The notes beneath the pieces are model-generated. The model was not told the origin of the DNA. It saw nothing but the letters and a program-made list of their open reading frames with translations, and did no database searches. 64,000 nucleotides of DNA from Phoronis australis (lineage: Eukaryota; Animalia; Phoronida), in the NCBI GenBank assembly GCA_002633005.1, contig NMRA01000092.1:777116-841115 (forward strand), read 5' to 3'. This document shows, one piece after another, positions 40,443 through 53,691 of this stretch (position 1 is its first letter; every line of letters begins with the position of its first letter). A program made the translations under genes and the position numbers.

Positions 40443-41879
40443 GCCCTTACTCTTCAACAGAAAATTAAGTGTCAAATGTTGACCCTTTACTTACTTGTAT
40501 ACGAATGTCTATTTATTGTCTGTGTGGCCGAGAGCTAGAAGTTACGCATTTGGTGTCCATTTTTATACCTATCTACTTGTATACCAAATCAAAGTTTACA
40601 ATGTTTTTCATGTACTAGCATAATGTACTTTTTAACCAATCTTTAAATTCCTGTTTTACAGAATGCCAGGTAGCCGTTTTCCAATCACCGAACTTAGTTT
40701 GCTACCAACAGGATTATAATCATTGTATTCCTTTTATAAAATATTTATTATGTAAATGTCCTCTAGCGTTCATGTGCAGTTTAAATGTTTTTGAGATGAA
40801 CTTTCATTCTTGGCAGCTCAGCGAGCACAATAAATGAATGGTCAAGCGTTTGTAAAGAGCTGTCGACGCATTGAAGTGTGGAAGGCCCGTTGGTGATTTC
40901 ATCTTGTAGCGCACGCCTACACTCGAATGCATCATCTAAGTGCCAGAATTACCTTCATCGAGAAACATTCCCCAATGCTTTAATAATCTGGCGCGAAACC
41001 TGAAGTGCTCGATCACCAAGCTTTAGAAACGGAAATCGTTATTAGGTGAAATTCTTGAAAAAACATTCAAAGTTTTGGAAAATAAATGCTTTATGGTAAA
41101 CAAAGATGGTCGAATGACATTTTAAGTTGCAATAAGATTGATATTTCAGATCTTCAGGACGTGGTAACCTCAGACTAATCACTGGTGCGAAAATGTTAGT
41201 GGAGGCTTACATCCCACGGGATATCTTTGCCAGCCAGATATATACCTAACCTAAGATTACGTTTCTGATAAATATTCGATGTTCGACAGCAACTAGGAAC
41301 CACTTTCATTGTACAGAGCAGCCAGCCGTTCAGTAACGCTAGGACCTTGTTAAAAAGCAAGACTTCGCGAGATTACGTGAGATATTGCCTTGTATTTTAA
41401 ATGAGAACACTTGATTTTGGCTAGGTCATGGCGTAGGTCCTAGCGTAGGTCCTGGCCTACTGAACTCTACCCAGGGATCCACTCTTTCACACTAGCATCT
41501 CTTGAGGAATATCATTGCCAATTGATGATCAAGTCATACGTATAATTCCGTGAGAGGGCGTCAATGCGCACGTCCTGGTGAAGCATTGCGAATCCTTCAG
41601 GTGTTTTAGTTGATGCCGTGTTTCCCTGAGTGAGGCACAGCAGCCGCAAGTCACAAATAAGGCATATATCAATTCCCACCTCCAACGAATCGGAATGTCC
41701 GAATGTTATTTCGTTCAGGGGTGGAGATCTAATCTTTTTACACGAGATGAAACGAAATTGTTTTTTGTCGTTTCCCATTCTTTGGAAATGCGAAATAAGT
41801 GCCTATTATTCTGTGCTCAATTACATCAAGGATTATGCAAACGAGATTCTAGTCCAATGATCCCTATAATCGAGCTAAA

Positions 41880-42088
41880 AACTTGAGTAAAAACTTGAGT
41901 AAAAACTCAAAATTTCTAGTTCAGCTTTGGATTTTTGCGCTAATGCTGAGACCATTAAGTGCAGACCAGGATTAGGCATTGTCCACGTAAACTGTGTATT
42001 CGGGCATCGACTACTTGACACTCACCTTGAGTTCGCACAAAAGTAGAACAGAAAAAGACAAAGATAATTTGAAATGATAAGACCCCGG
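41880..42088 (+). mobile_element. Diverged partial copy of the 21964-22375 MITE
   Basis: Shares gagtt.gcacaaaagtagaac...gaccccgg end and aaacttgagt..aaactc internal motif. Confidence 0.55.
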
Positions 42089-43077
42089 ATCCTGCTAACC
42101 AGTGAGAAACCAGGTTCATCTTCCTTTGACAAAACTACTCTACTACTATTACCATTCGTAGCACCGGGAAAGAATGGACGTTTTCAGTCAGGGGCCCTGC
42201 AGACAATTCAAAATGAAGCACCACCCGAAGACGCCGAAATAACGGGTAGCGCATGCGCTTACTTGCGAGGCTACGAGTAATAGAACAGCACTTGGGTTAG
42301 TGCGTCTTTGGGCTGACATTACGTTTCACAGTGGCTCCGTGACCGCCTGCATATGCTTGTACCCAGATCGTCCGCCTCTATTCCACAATGCAACTGCTAC
42401 CAGCGGCGGCGGCGCATTACGTTAAACTGCAATAAATTTGTGAAAACGTTATTTCCATCATATTGTATGTACAAGCGCATGCTCTAATAAATACTGTCGA
42501 AAAAATCACATTTATCTCATCGCCATCGATGTTTACATCCGTCTGCAAAACGAGCAATAATGACACCTCCAGTCTAAATAATCAAGTTTCCCCAGATCAA
42601 CCTTTCTCTACCTATCCTGTCAAGTTACCGGTTCCTGTTATAATTTGAATACCAACCGACACAGTGTTAACTGCAGGTCTTAATGAGTTTAATATAAGCA
42701 ATCTCAGAATTAACGTTCCTTAAAATTCCAGCGTGATTGTAAAGTGAGAAAACATTCACCGAACAAAAACAGAAGGAAACGAGTTGGAGTCGGAGGTGCA
42801 GGTAAACACACTAGAAGTTAAAAAAGATCATTAAGTTCAATGTCTATACGGCCTCTGTCGCGCCATGGGTTAAAGATCAACGGTTCTTCGCCACGCCCAT
42901 CTGTCGGGCACGTGTGCCCAGGTTGTCCTCATTCGCCAATGTCCAAGTTGAGCCATATTCACTTTCCTAAAAACCTTCAAGCCGTTCTCAGCCATTCCAG
43001 GAGGTTGCGAGGCGCGCCGGAGAGGAATATAGCAAGTGTGAAATCAATTTTCAACTGATTTTGAAACAAATTTCGCA

Positions 43078-43350
43078 ATGGTTCACCAAAAGGGATGTTT
43101 AATTTTATTCGCGGCAGTTATCGTCCTGGTTCCGGTAGCGCTAGCAGCCCCGCAGTGCCCACCATGCGATACACGTTCGTGCCCAGCATTTGACAGAAGG
43201 TCGTGCCTACACGGAATGGCCACCGACCGGTGTCGCTGTTGTTTGGGTTGCGCCCGAGGCCTGGGGCAGCTGTGCAGTGCCTCACGGAAGACGCTGGACG
43301 GTGGTCACTACCACGGACAGTGCGGGAATGGAATGGAATGTCGCAAGAGG
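43078..43350 (+). CDS. IGFBP7/KAZALD1-like gene A, exon 1 (signal peptide + IGFBP N-domain)
   Basis: Hydrophobic leader; CPPC...C...DRCRCCLGCARGLGQLC...GQCGNGMEC cysteine pattern; AGG|gtaagt donor, phase 0. Confidence 0.92.
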
Positions 43351-45241
43351 GTAAGTGGAGCATGTCCACACCACCGTGTGCGATAAACACATGTTACCGC
43401 GCTTATCCTAAAACATTGCCTAAAATATTCAACCAGCGTTTTTATGCAGTGGTAAGAATACTGTTTCAACAACATTCACGACCCCACCACAATATTAAGG
43501 CAGTTCTCAGTACGCTATGTCAGAAAACTGTAAAATCGGGCGGGGGGGGGGCGAATGGCGGTACAATCTCATTAGTAACCCCGTGAACGATGCATGTTGT
43601 TGTCCAAAGTTGCCCGTTTTCCTCGGTCCCCAACTTGTTTCCGATCAAGTTGTAAAGCGTGTATGGCGCACGCGGCACGGACGTACTGAGTTTGGTGAGA
43701 CTGATTGTTTAGTAATTAAAACATTAAACATTAAGTATGGGCCATTCCGTAGCGTGCATAGGTTTGGTGGTGCCGAGGCGATTTTTTATGGTATGCCCCT
43801 CTCTCTACTCAAATTCACGGACCCTAGAAATAAGAAAAGTAAAAAAATGAAACGTAAAAGAGGAACTTTATTCAAATTAACTACAAATCAGTCACAATTT
43901 CAAAAGGCCCTTCCTCTCCTGCACGTGCACGTTAATGGGGCTGTGTTAGTGTTACACTAAACCCGTTCTCGCGACTTTGGCCAAAACATACATTGAATGC
44001 GACACAGGCGGTTCGTTCCAGTAGCAACTCTGTTTTAGCCGTTGTGTTACAATTCTCAAGAACGTAACTTGGTGTGACGGAGCAAGAGTTTCTAGTAACT
44101 TTGGGTTGACTCCAGATAAACATTTTGTCCTCACGGCTTTTTGTTAATAAATATTGATATGCTTCACAATATAACATGAAACACTAATTAGGTTATCCAA
44201 ATAAACATCACCGACGCACTCACGCGTCCTCACGCGCACTCACGCTGTGAGCTTCCTAGCAAGTCAACTGGAAAGAAACTTTCAAGGAGGCCTATTTTCT
44301 CCTTTTGTATACCGAAACTGATGTGTATAACAGACCATGTACTTTACTAAACACCGGCCAACGAGGTTGGAAAGGTCACAGGCATTTCGTCTGGGAAAAA
44401 TATTCTCATTCTTTTTAGAATAACACACCGTGTTCTGCGCTGAACGTAAACGTGTCATCCAGTCGTCATGAACTACAAGTGATAGCTGAACACGATTTGT
44501 ATTTCCCTAAATTCCAACGTTGCGTTCTTGTCGTCAGCGACACCCAGCCTACCAATTATTGAAAATTAGAACAATTAAAAAAAGCTCTTAACAATTAAAA
44601 AAAAACAACTATTAACATGAAATCTTAATTTCGGTAGCAGACCCATAGCATAAGTTTTTGGATTGTGAACCTAAAATGATCGTAGAAGGGAAATATATAT
44701 ACTTCTATCTCCGAGTGGAGACTCTGACCAAGTAGGCTTCCAAAAACGAAAATGGACCACCTGCACGCACAATTTCACTATTGATCCAATTTACTTTAAT
44801 ATATGTTGCCAACGTGCTTTGATCTGTGGCGTTGTTGCAACAGATTTTTTACTGAATGGTTGTATAATTTCTAAACACAGAAAAACAAAGTCCGAATGCA
44901 GACGACTGCCGTCGAGCCCAATTATTAAGCCTGGTTACAACACTTGCGAACAGCTACTTCTCCCAAGCTTAGAAAAATGACTTAGAATTTGAATAAGGAA
45001 TTAAAGAGCTTAACTCAGTTTTATACTAGCAAAGGTGGTGAAAATATTTTTTTTTATTTTTTGAACAGATTAAGGGCGCATTGGAACTGTAAATAGCATT
45101 GGTGGTTTATTCTATTTCAGTAAATCGTTAAAATGTACAACACATGAGTGTCGAAAAAGGGACAAGTATTGTGCTTGAACATTTCGAGTCTCTTTCGCAA
45201 TACTGGGGAGTTCTATTGAAAATTCCACGTTCGTTATCTAG

Positions 45242-45398
45242 GACGATTTGGGTGTCGGGTACGGCGACGAATGGTTGTGTTACTGCATATCAAAGCAGGA
45301 GGTGTGTGGCACCGATGGCGTGACGTACGACAATCCCTGTCAGATGAGGAAAGCCGGGAGAACGATTCGCACAGCTCACCAGGGTGCATGCAGACAGG
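45242..45398 (+). CDS. Gene A exon 2 (Kazal domain: CYCISKQEVCGTDGVTYDNPCQM...HQGAC); absent from the ORF track
   Basis: tatctag acceptor, G|gtaggt donor, phase 0-1; canonical VCGTDGxTYxNxC. Confidence 0.92.
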
Positions 45399-45897
45399 GT
45401 AGGTGGCACGTGTTGTGATCTAGCTTAAATAGTTATGCTACATATCTAAGTCGCAAGGTGAGGAAATAATTGAGTGGCCAGACACGAGCACTGGCCAGTT
45501 GCTAGCCATGTACCTGATCCCTTGCATTCAATTCGAACAGAAACGTACACTTGGACACGACTCCCTGAAACAATAAGAATATTAATAATTCTAATTTTCT
45601 TCAACTTTTGTGGAAAGGAAGAAGCTTCTGCCAAAATTGTGCAAAGTGCAAGCGATGTTTTCGTGAAGTATACCTTCCGTTTTAAGTCAGGAGCACAAAA
45701 TTTACCCAAAGTTCGTGTTGAGAGTTCGGCCATTGAACTGGCGTGCATTAAAAAAATAATAATTGTTGTACCAGACGTGCGTAGGCCGTGCATGTCGGCC
45801 ACTTTGCACTGATCGCATGGAACTATTTTTGTGCTTTATTAATATATAGTTAAAACCGAGCTGAGGATCTAGAAACCTGGCTCAAATGTCTAGCAGT

Positions 45898-45974
45898 GTA
45901 GCCCAGTGGGACTCGAACCCACAACCTTGAGTAAAAAAAGGCGGGCATCTATCACACTATGCCACACTGCCTCC
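45898..45974 (-). mobile_element. tRNA-derived SINE head or tRNA pseudogene
   Basis: Minus strand has A-box-like TGGCATAGTG and B-box GGTTCGAGTCC; a T-run disrupts the anticodon arm. Confidence 0.55.
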
Positions 45975-46233
45975 TCTACTGGCGTGCGTTCCGTAGACCT
46001 ATTTTTTGTAATAGAAACAATAACTCGCACAACTTCGCGAGATATCGCCATGTGTTGCAAAGCACTTGATCACACTGGCTTCCTTGGGTAGATTCTTGCG
46101 TCCACTCTGAGGCCTGCACACCGATCTGTTTCTTTGCCATCGCACAAGGTGACCAGAAAGTGATCCGCACAAAATGTGCAAACTGTAGAAAAGAATTGCA
46201 AGGCTACGGAAACGCCCATGTCTCCCAGTTTAA

Positions 46234-47222
46234 TGAGTTCCCACCATGACCCTGTATCTCAAAAAGAATTTTATTAAAACGTTTTAAGAGATTTAATAGC
46301 CTGTTGCTAAGAAACAAGCAAAAATTGAAAAAAATCTGTTATTGGGTTTGTACGTAATGGGTGGAAGGCCGTCTCCGCCGTTGTTGGTTTTACCAGTGCT
46401 ATACTGAGGAGATGTGAGGAAAATCCGCGGAGAACTGCCTTTTCAGACATGAAAAGGTGTTTGTGGAGGCTGTAGTAACAGCAACTTGACTGAGAACGTT
46501 CAAATTTCCTAAATACGTGGAAGTTGCACACAAATGCGCCACACCAGAGTGTGGAATGTCAGTGTGGAACACGCGATTCAGTCGGGAGCCACACTTTGTT
46601 CGGCACATTTCAATCGTGTTTCGACCAAACACAAAAGGGAGTTACGATGAAGGACTCTCCACATTTGCAAATTTTGCAAGTAACGAACAAACTGCTTCCA
46701 TTCGACGGTGAGTGATGCCAGTCCCTCATCCCCGGGCACAGATCGAGTGCTACGACACGTAGGCTTACGCACTATGTCTAGACCGTGCTCATTCCATCAT
46801 GGCAATGGTGAATACGAGTGATCCAGGTTTACCCTGGCCTTTGTCAGTGATTATTAAGTGTCTATTTTGTGAATATTGACCACCCCCTTGGATCAGTTGG
46901 TTGTGGCTCACATGAGTCTGCAGCATTTCTCGTGGTAGTGGGTCAAGTGCATACGGCCTCAAAGTCGACGAAAACTCGCTGTCTGATTTTACTTTAGTGT
47001 GATGCCCGTATCCTCTCTCCTCCATCGCAATTGATTGTCAAGTGACCAAACGTTTTCCACCCATTACATCATTTGGCGGGAAACTTGGAAATAGCTATTT
47101 TTCTTCACAATTAAAAATCGTGACTATTCGGAATAAAAAGTTATTTTGTTAGAGTCTAACGTATTCATTTCATGTTAGCTAACTGAAAACTCAAAAACTA
47201 AGAAAATGCATGTGGGAACTCT
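46234..47222. mobile_element. Decayed Kolobok-like non-autonomous element (TTAA TSD)
   Basis: ttaa|TGAGTTCCCACCATG ... CATGTGGGAACTCT|ttaa; minus-strand LRPYALDPL resembles the KolX N-terminal PYxFEP motif. Confidence 0.6.
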
Positions 47223-47574
47223 TTAAACCTTGCACCGCAAAACATCCGACTTAAGAAAACTCATGAAACTTAATTTTCGCGCTTCTGTCTGTTTAGCACC
47301 ATGAAATACAACACGCTCAACAGCGTAAACCTCAACCAAAACATGTCTTTGCTCCTAGCGTTGAATAAATACCCGTGGCTTGTGACATGATGCCAAAACT
47401 GAGTTATTATTAGTTTATAAGGAATTTTTTTTGAATTTGCTAAAACCATATCATTATAGGTTTTCGTGTCCGCCAATGGCAACGAACGAACCACCCCTTT
47501 TCTACCTGTTTGGTGTCTCACGAAGTAGCCTTCAACACACTACGGTTTTGCTGTTCCGTGTGCTAGAATATTCC

Positions 47575-48168
47575 GCGATCGCCTTACATAAGGTTGACCT
47601 TACCTTGTCAAGAGGTGTCGCGTTAACCTGTGAGGAAGGCGAGAAACGATGCAACGAAGTCAGTGGTTCATCTGCAGAGTGAATGCCACTATGTTGCGGT
47701 GCGTCGTTGTCAGAACTATGAAGCTGCGAGGAAAGCGGTAGACTTCCTCGAGAGCCCGAATTGCTTAGGAAGTGGCTCGCGGAAGTGAAGAATGAAAATT
47801 ACGCTGTTAATAGCAAATATGCGGCCGTGAAACATCTCCGTGTCTGTGGCCGGCATTTCGTCGACAGTGATTTCTCTGACGAATGCCAGCTTACCAAAGA
47901 AATATCCGTACGTTCCGTTGCCTGTGCACGTTCACGGCGCCTCTTTTCTTGATCAGTGTATTACGGTTCGAACTGATAGCCTGTAAAACCTAACGACCCA
48001 CCTGTGAAGTCTTCGTCGGATGAGCAGTCCTCCAAGTCAGGGGATTGCGAGTTGCCACGTTGACGTTTATTATTCTGCGTTCTGTTTCGAAATGAATTAT
48101 TCTCACCCTAACCAATGCTTATATAAAACTGAAACAACATCTGTCTCATTAGATACAAATTGTAATGC
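47575..48168 (+). mobile_element. THAP-encoding transposon remnant, left arm of a ~600-bp inverted pair
   Basis: LPREPELLRKWLAEVKNE...HLRVCGRHF; reverse-complement homolog at 50360-50947. Confidence 0.8.
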
Positions 48169-48920
48169 CTTTGTGGTATTCGTGAATGCAAATGTTTTGA
48201 GAAGACAGCATTGAATAAACCACTGCGTTACCGGTTTCAGATGTAATAAAGGTAATTGACCGGGCACCGAGGTCGCGTGAGCGCATGCTAATTCAGTGTT
48301 TGCTGACAGAAAGCTGTTGTGAAACAATTACTCGATTTTAGATGCTACGGTCACATGTTAGGGGAATCTTTATTTAGAAAAACAAATACGTTATTCAAAT
48401 CACTGTTATTGTACAGCTTTTGCCCAGACGGTTCTGTGGCCCGGAAGCCTGTGAGGGGAACCTGACTTCGCGGCCCCCGACAAGTATATGTAGACTTTCA
48501 GTTTCGTGGCTAATTCACCAAAATAACTACGTCACATTATTTCTTTGGCTCACTTTTTGTGACTGGAGGTTTAGTTTCCAACTTAAAGGCGAAGGCAACC
48601 TTTTTCCATGTCATTTTGAGCTAAAATAAGGTTGGTTGGTTATCCTAGACATATTTTCCACTTAATTACAGCTTTTCGTAATTTTATATATTACTCGTCC
48701 GCTACTCCGGAAGTGACGTTTTAGGAGGCAAGCGTTTCCCGCCACTTGGTTTTGCGTTGACTTTACCTTGCGAATCTGTTCTATTCTACTTTTGTTTTGT
48801 GCTGTTTTTCAACAATTGTCGCCACCACTTTCCATCGACGAGTATTCTGCGGCAAGATAGGTTAGTAGAGAACTCAACTACGTTGGATTTAGGGATTGTT
48901 TAGTGTGTTGTAAGCTGAAA

Positions 48921-49225
48921 ATGGCTGGAGTCGGTGACCCGTATCACAGTGACAGTAGTGTGAGTGACGGAGACCTTTTTCACAGCAGTGGTGACGAGGA
49001 ATTTTTTCACGGACATTCAGTGGGTGGGTACATGTTTGAGCCCGAGTATAACGAGGCAGAGTACGCACAGGCACAGGCAGCTGTTGAGAGAAACGAGGCG
49101 GCTACTGAGGACAGACGTGGTGACACATCTTGGTGCAAATGCACTGTGTGCGTTGTTATGCCTACCTCAATGGAATGCTTGTGCTGTTCAGAGTTCGACG
49201 AGGCCAAGCCACTACTGGACATGGT
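48921..49225 (+). pseudogene. KolX-like 5' fragment (Cys-rich, related to P2X7 ballast domain)
   Basis: GYMFEPEY...SWCKCTVCVVMPTSMECLCCSE matches the WCxCxxCxxM...ExxCCxE signature; truncated at the deletion junction. Confidence 0.75.
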
Positions 49226-50016
49226 TAAGTGGACCTCCGGCATACCACGGACAGAGGAACAACTGTCCCACTTGCCAGAGTGTCCCGCGACACACTCCCA
49301 CTGGATGGTGACCTGAGCACCCAAACTGCTTACATCGTGTCGTGTGACTCCCTCGCCACACACCTGGCACCTTCTAAATAGCTCCAACACTTTAGACAAG
49401 TCCACAATAAACTTATCAAAGTTTGGCTCACCGATCTGTTCACTGGACGACGAACTGTCCTCTTCACTGGGTGTCGAACTGAGCCTGTAATCACTCCCAC
49501 TACTCAATATCGCTGCAGGGCTGCTTAGAGGCTCTGGGCTGGAGAAAACAGCACAGGGCGAATCACTACTGGTTCCAGGAATTGCACGCTCTGGGGTACG
49601 TTCGGAGGCACGGGTGACAGTAGATGAAGTGCCTCCACTGGCTCCAGTCACTGTACTGGCCACAGCTCGCGAGGCTTCTCGCTTCAAATACGCACTTCTC
49701 GAGGGTGGCAACGGGGCACTGCCGGTAATCAACACAGACGGAATGATAACCTTCTTCAGACGTTGTTTCGCAGGGACCTTCATCAGTTCAGCGTACAAAT
49801 CTCTTTCGTAATTGGATGGCAGAAAGTGCTTGCCACACACACGGTAATTCTCCACTGCTTTCGGTACGTTGCGTGGACGGGTAACGCTGCGTTCTTTACA
49901 CGAACGAGCCAAGTACGGCGAAGTGTGTCATCCATCGGAAAGCGATGCAAAGGTACTCCCAAAGCGCGCGTGGGCCGATAATTAGTATATCCTGGTACGC
50001 AGCAACAGTGTGGCAT
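49215..50016 (-). pseudogene. Kolobok transposase N-terminal fragment (THAP + Cys/His domain), frameshifted, DDE core missing
   Basis: MPHCCCVPGY..LHRFP..RRTW / YRVCGKHF...IIPSV; S-rich linker; KFIV...LELFRRCQVCG...WECVAGH..W. Confidence 0.8.
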
Positions 50017-50359
50017 ATTGACTGACTAGTAAATGAAAGCAAACGACGACGGAACTTAACACAACCGAGGTAGAACAATGAGTGACTCGGCAGCTCTCAC
50101 AGTCAGACTATATGAAAAGAAATTGGAGCGAAATGCTTGCCTCCTAAAACGTCACTTCCGGAAGAGCGGACGAGTAATTAATATAATTACGAAAAGCTGT
50201 AATTAAGTGGAAAATATGTCTAGGATAACCAACCAACCTTATTTTAGCTCAAAATGACATGGAAAAAGGTTGCCTTCGCTTTTAAGCTGGCTTAGGCGGC
50301 CGCGACGGGCCTGATCGGTTTCCGAGCCACTGGCTGGGATAGCAAGCGTTTTGTGTGTT

Positions 50360-50947
50360 TGCATTACAAATTGTATCTAATGAGACAGACTTTGTTTCAG
50401 TTTTATAGAAGCATTGGTTAGGATGAGAATAATTCATTTTGAAACAAAGCGCAGAATAATAAACGTCTACATGGCAACTCGCCCGGCGCCAATCCCGACT
50501 TAGTCAAGAGCTCATCCGACGAAGACTTCAAGGGTCTGATCGTTCGGTTTCACAGGCTATCAGTTGGAAGCGGAATACACTGATCAAGAAATATTAGAGA
50601 GGCACCGTGAACATGCACGGATAGTTCTTTGGTAAGCCGAAATTCATCAGAAAAATCACTGTCGACGAAATGCCGGCCACAGACACGGAGATGTTTCACG
50701 GCCTCATACTTGCTATTAACAGTGTACCTTTCATTCTTCACAACCGCGAGCCACTAACTAAGCATTTCGGGCTCTCGAGGAAGTCGAAAAAACGATATAC
50801 CCGCTTTTTTCGCGGGAACGATGCACCGCAATATAGCGGCATTCACTCTGCAGACGAACCACTGACGTAGCTGCGTCGTTTCTCACCTTCCTCACAGGTT
50901 AACGCGACACCTCTCGGCAAGATGAGGTCGACCGTATAAGAGGCGAT
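50360..50947 (-). mobile_element. THAP-encoding transposon remnant, right arm of the inverted pair
   Basis: KNERYTVNSKYEAVKHLRVCGRHFVDSDFSDE, paralogous to the ORF at 47761-47952. Confidence 0.8.
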
Positions 50948-52063
50948 GTGGATATAGACCGACTAAGACGGTAAAAAAAGACTAATTAAATCGCGTGGCA
51001 TTCTCTTTTAAGAAGTGGTCTGTAGGCCCGGGAAGGACAGACAGTTTGTAACGAGTTCTTCATTCCTAGCTCATATGAGTTGTCAGTTCTGTCCAAATCC
51101 AGAAACCACACCTATTTTGAATGAGGAACAATTTGAGACCAATTTCATAACCGTATAAGGGACCTAAATCAAAACTTGATTTTCTACGCAAAGAGCGGGT
51201 TTAATGTCTCTTCAAAGACTGTTCATTAATATTTTGAAGATCCCGTAAATTGTCGTTGGTTTATTGGAGATCGACGATAGATATAATTGAAATCGAATAA
51301 CGGTTTCACGGTTTTATCACTAGTGTTTTAATATCTCGTCATCTGGTTCTCGTCGTTTTCTGCATGTTGATAAACAAACTCAGAAGAAAACACTGATACA
51401 GTTTAGGAAAGACCTGTGTTTAGATAGAGCATCACATTTGCTGAGAGAATATGATTTTCATTTACTTCTCTGCCAAGTTCTATCGCCATTGTGATAGCTT
51501 GTCACAAACGCAATACCTCTTCAATTAGTGAAAGCATTTTGAAATCAGTCGCGTAACTTTTGGCCAAATTACAAAACGTTGCGCGTTCTGCAGACCACCA
51601 AAGAAGTGCGCCTTTTTCTGGAAACCTCAGTGACACCAAACAATATAATTTGTGGAGACACGCTTATCGATCAGGGAGGCTTAGAAACGCTTGCCAGACC
51701 CATAATAACAAACACCTCAACCAAACATAGTCTTATAAACACTCATACAGACGCTAAATTTTAAGCAAAAACACACAATATCCGGTCAAATTAATACGAA
51801 CCCATAATTGACTTCTTTCTTCATAATAAGAATGAACAAAATCTAGTGTGTGTTGAATAGTTTTCGGAAGCATGATAAATATGTGGACACATATGTGGCA
51901 TTGAATTATAGTGGCAACAGGATCAGAGGATACACAAGTCAAGTAGCGCTGTCAGCGACGGCAGTTTTTGGTCCGTCACAGTATTTATGAGCACTGATAA
52001 AGAGTGTACCACGAGAAGGAAATGTTTCATTATCTTATGTGAACTCAAACATTCATGTTATAG

Positions 52064-52204
52064 CTCCAGTCATCATAAGTCCACCAAAGAACGTGAAGAC
52101 TGCTGCTGGATCTTGGATCATGATGACGTGTGAAACCAAGGGCTATCCTCCACCATCCGTCACTTGGGAGTACCGACATGGCGCCACCAGAAGGTCACTT
52201 CCAG
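52064..52204 (+). CDS. Gene A exon 3 (Ig I-set domain, first half)
   Basis: APVIISPPKNV...MTCETKGYPPPSVTW...LPG; tag acceptor, G|gtaaag donor, phase 1-1. Confidence 0.9.
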
Positions 52205-52574
52205 GTAAAGTTTGGCACCTACCTTATCAAACGAACAACTGGCAATGATCCTAGCAACGCCCGTGAAGTATCAATGAACTTCAATCGGGGCCTATTAGCT
52301 ACACGTACTCGTCATATCATAGCCACCATTCTAAGGATGGCACTGTATGCAGTGTTCGAGCTTCAACAAATAAATGTGCTGGCCGCCCGCCGGTCCAGTT
52401 ACTTGAATATGTGACCACATCCATGTAGGGCCTACAAGTGAAAGTTTACAGGCCCACTTGCAAATCCACTGGCCCTGGGCCACCGGACCAGCGTGTATTT
52501 CGAACGTTCACTGTATGTAGCTTCAGCGAAAACAAATAAGGTTATTTAAATTAAAACTCGAAATTCGTTTCCAG

Positions 52575-52751
52575 GAGGTGACAGGCACATAGCCGCAAAC
52601 TCTCGTGGAGGTCCAGGAAAGTACGGGACTACAGGATTCCTTCAGATAATGGATCTTCAAGCCGAACACAGCGGTGACTATGTGTGTGTCGCGCGTAATC
52701 GCCATGGATCGACCGACGCATCTGCAAGGCTACTGATTACCAGGGATGAAG
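52575..52751 (+). CDS. Gene A exon 4 (Ig domain, second half)
   Basis: GDRHIAANSRGGPGKYGTTGFLQI...GDYVCVARNRHG; RGGP is characteristic of the IGFBP7/KAZALD1 Ig domain; GAAG|gtaaac donor, phase 1, no stop. Confidence 0.9.
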
Positions 52752-53211
52752 GTAAACGTGTGGCGTATGTGCATTTTACATCAAATAAGTTTTTTGTTTC
52801 AACCAATCAAATTTTACCACATGGATACTTGTGTATTACATGATGTGAGAAAACTTGTATTTGGCTAGACCTGTTGACGTCATTGCAAAAATTGTGTAGA
52901 TCTGGGTGTGATTTTCTAGTGTTTCGTAGACTGAATAGAAATTCTTAATTTTTTCAATTTATTTCTCATTGGATGATTTCGGAGTGAATTGGTTTCAATC
53001 TGACATTGCCTCATCAGAAACTAACAAAGAAATGTCACTACCGTTAGATGCTACCACTGTTAATTTCCCAGTTATTAACTTCGAATGTTTGTTGGCAATT
53101 GGATATAAATAAAACTACGAACGAGCTTACCTTTGTAACCATCAACTCTCAGTTGGAGGAAAGGACCGAGGGATAGAGGTGCCTCTTGGGATTCTTAGGC
53201 TCGGACCCAGA

Positions 53212-53458
53212 CATGCGCGCACCCAGCCTTCAATATGGGGGTGCTCGAATTTCTGTCGATGTGGACCTTTTCCTGACAAAATATCGGCAGGACTAAAAAA
53301 ACGAGGAACTATCTTAATACCTGTAAACTGTGCGTCATTTTAGTAGACTTTTGCCTCGTTTCCTTAGAGTTTTTGTTTCTTTGAGGTGGACCTTTTTGCC
53401 CACTTCTCCAAATGGGGGGGGCTCGTTGGAGCCTCCCGAGCCCCTGGGTACGCGCATG
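53212..53458 (+). mobile_element. CATGCGCGCACCCAG MITE family, copy 3 (both ends present)
   Basis: catgcgcgcacccag ... ctgggtacgcgcatg TIRs. Confidence 0.7.
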
Positions 53459-53691
53459 CTAGAGTCCAGACTTCCCTGCTAGGTCACATTTACAATTTAC
53501 ATTGCAGTAACGAAGAAATCTCGAGGGGGCCGTACGTTTGCCCACTGTCAGGCCCTTGGACAAATTCGTGAATCTGCAGCTGCCGAATAGCACTGCTTAA
53601 ATAATTTGGAGACATTCAGGGGAGCATCTATCACACTAGTTGTGCTGTCCTAGTGAAATGACTAATGAAACCCATGACGTCATCGTTTCAG

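Larger units (their letters stand above)
48587..50281. mobile_element. Internally deleted Kolobok DNA transposon (~1.7 kb)
   Basis: TTAA on both sides (48583-48586, 50282-50285); ~155-bp TIRs starting AGGCGAAGGCAACC; convergent KolX-like and THAP-transposase ORFs. Confidence 0.88.

Noticed and set aside
53640-53691. Upstream acceptor (gtcctag at 53653) or TTG start for the URAD-like exon
   Set aside because: Phase 2, incompatible with the phase-1 donor at 52751; the acceptor at 53691 fits
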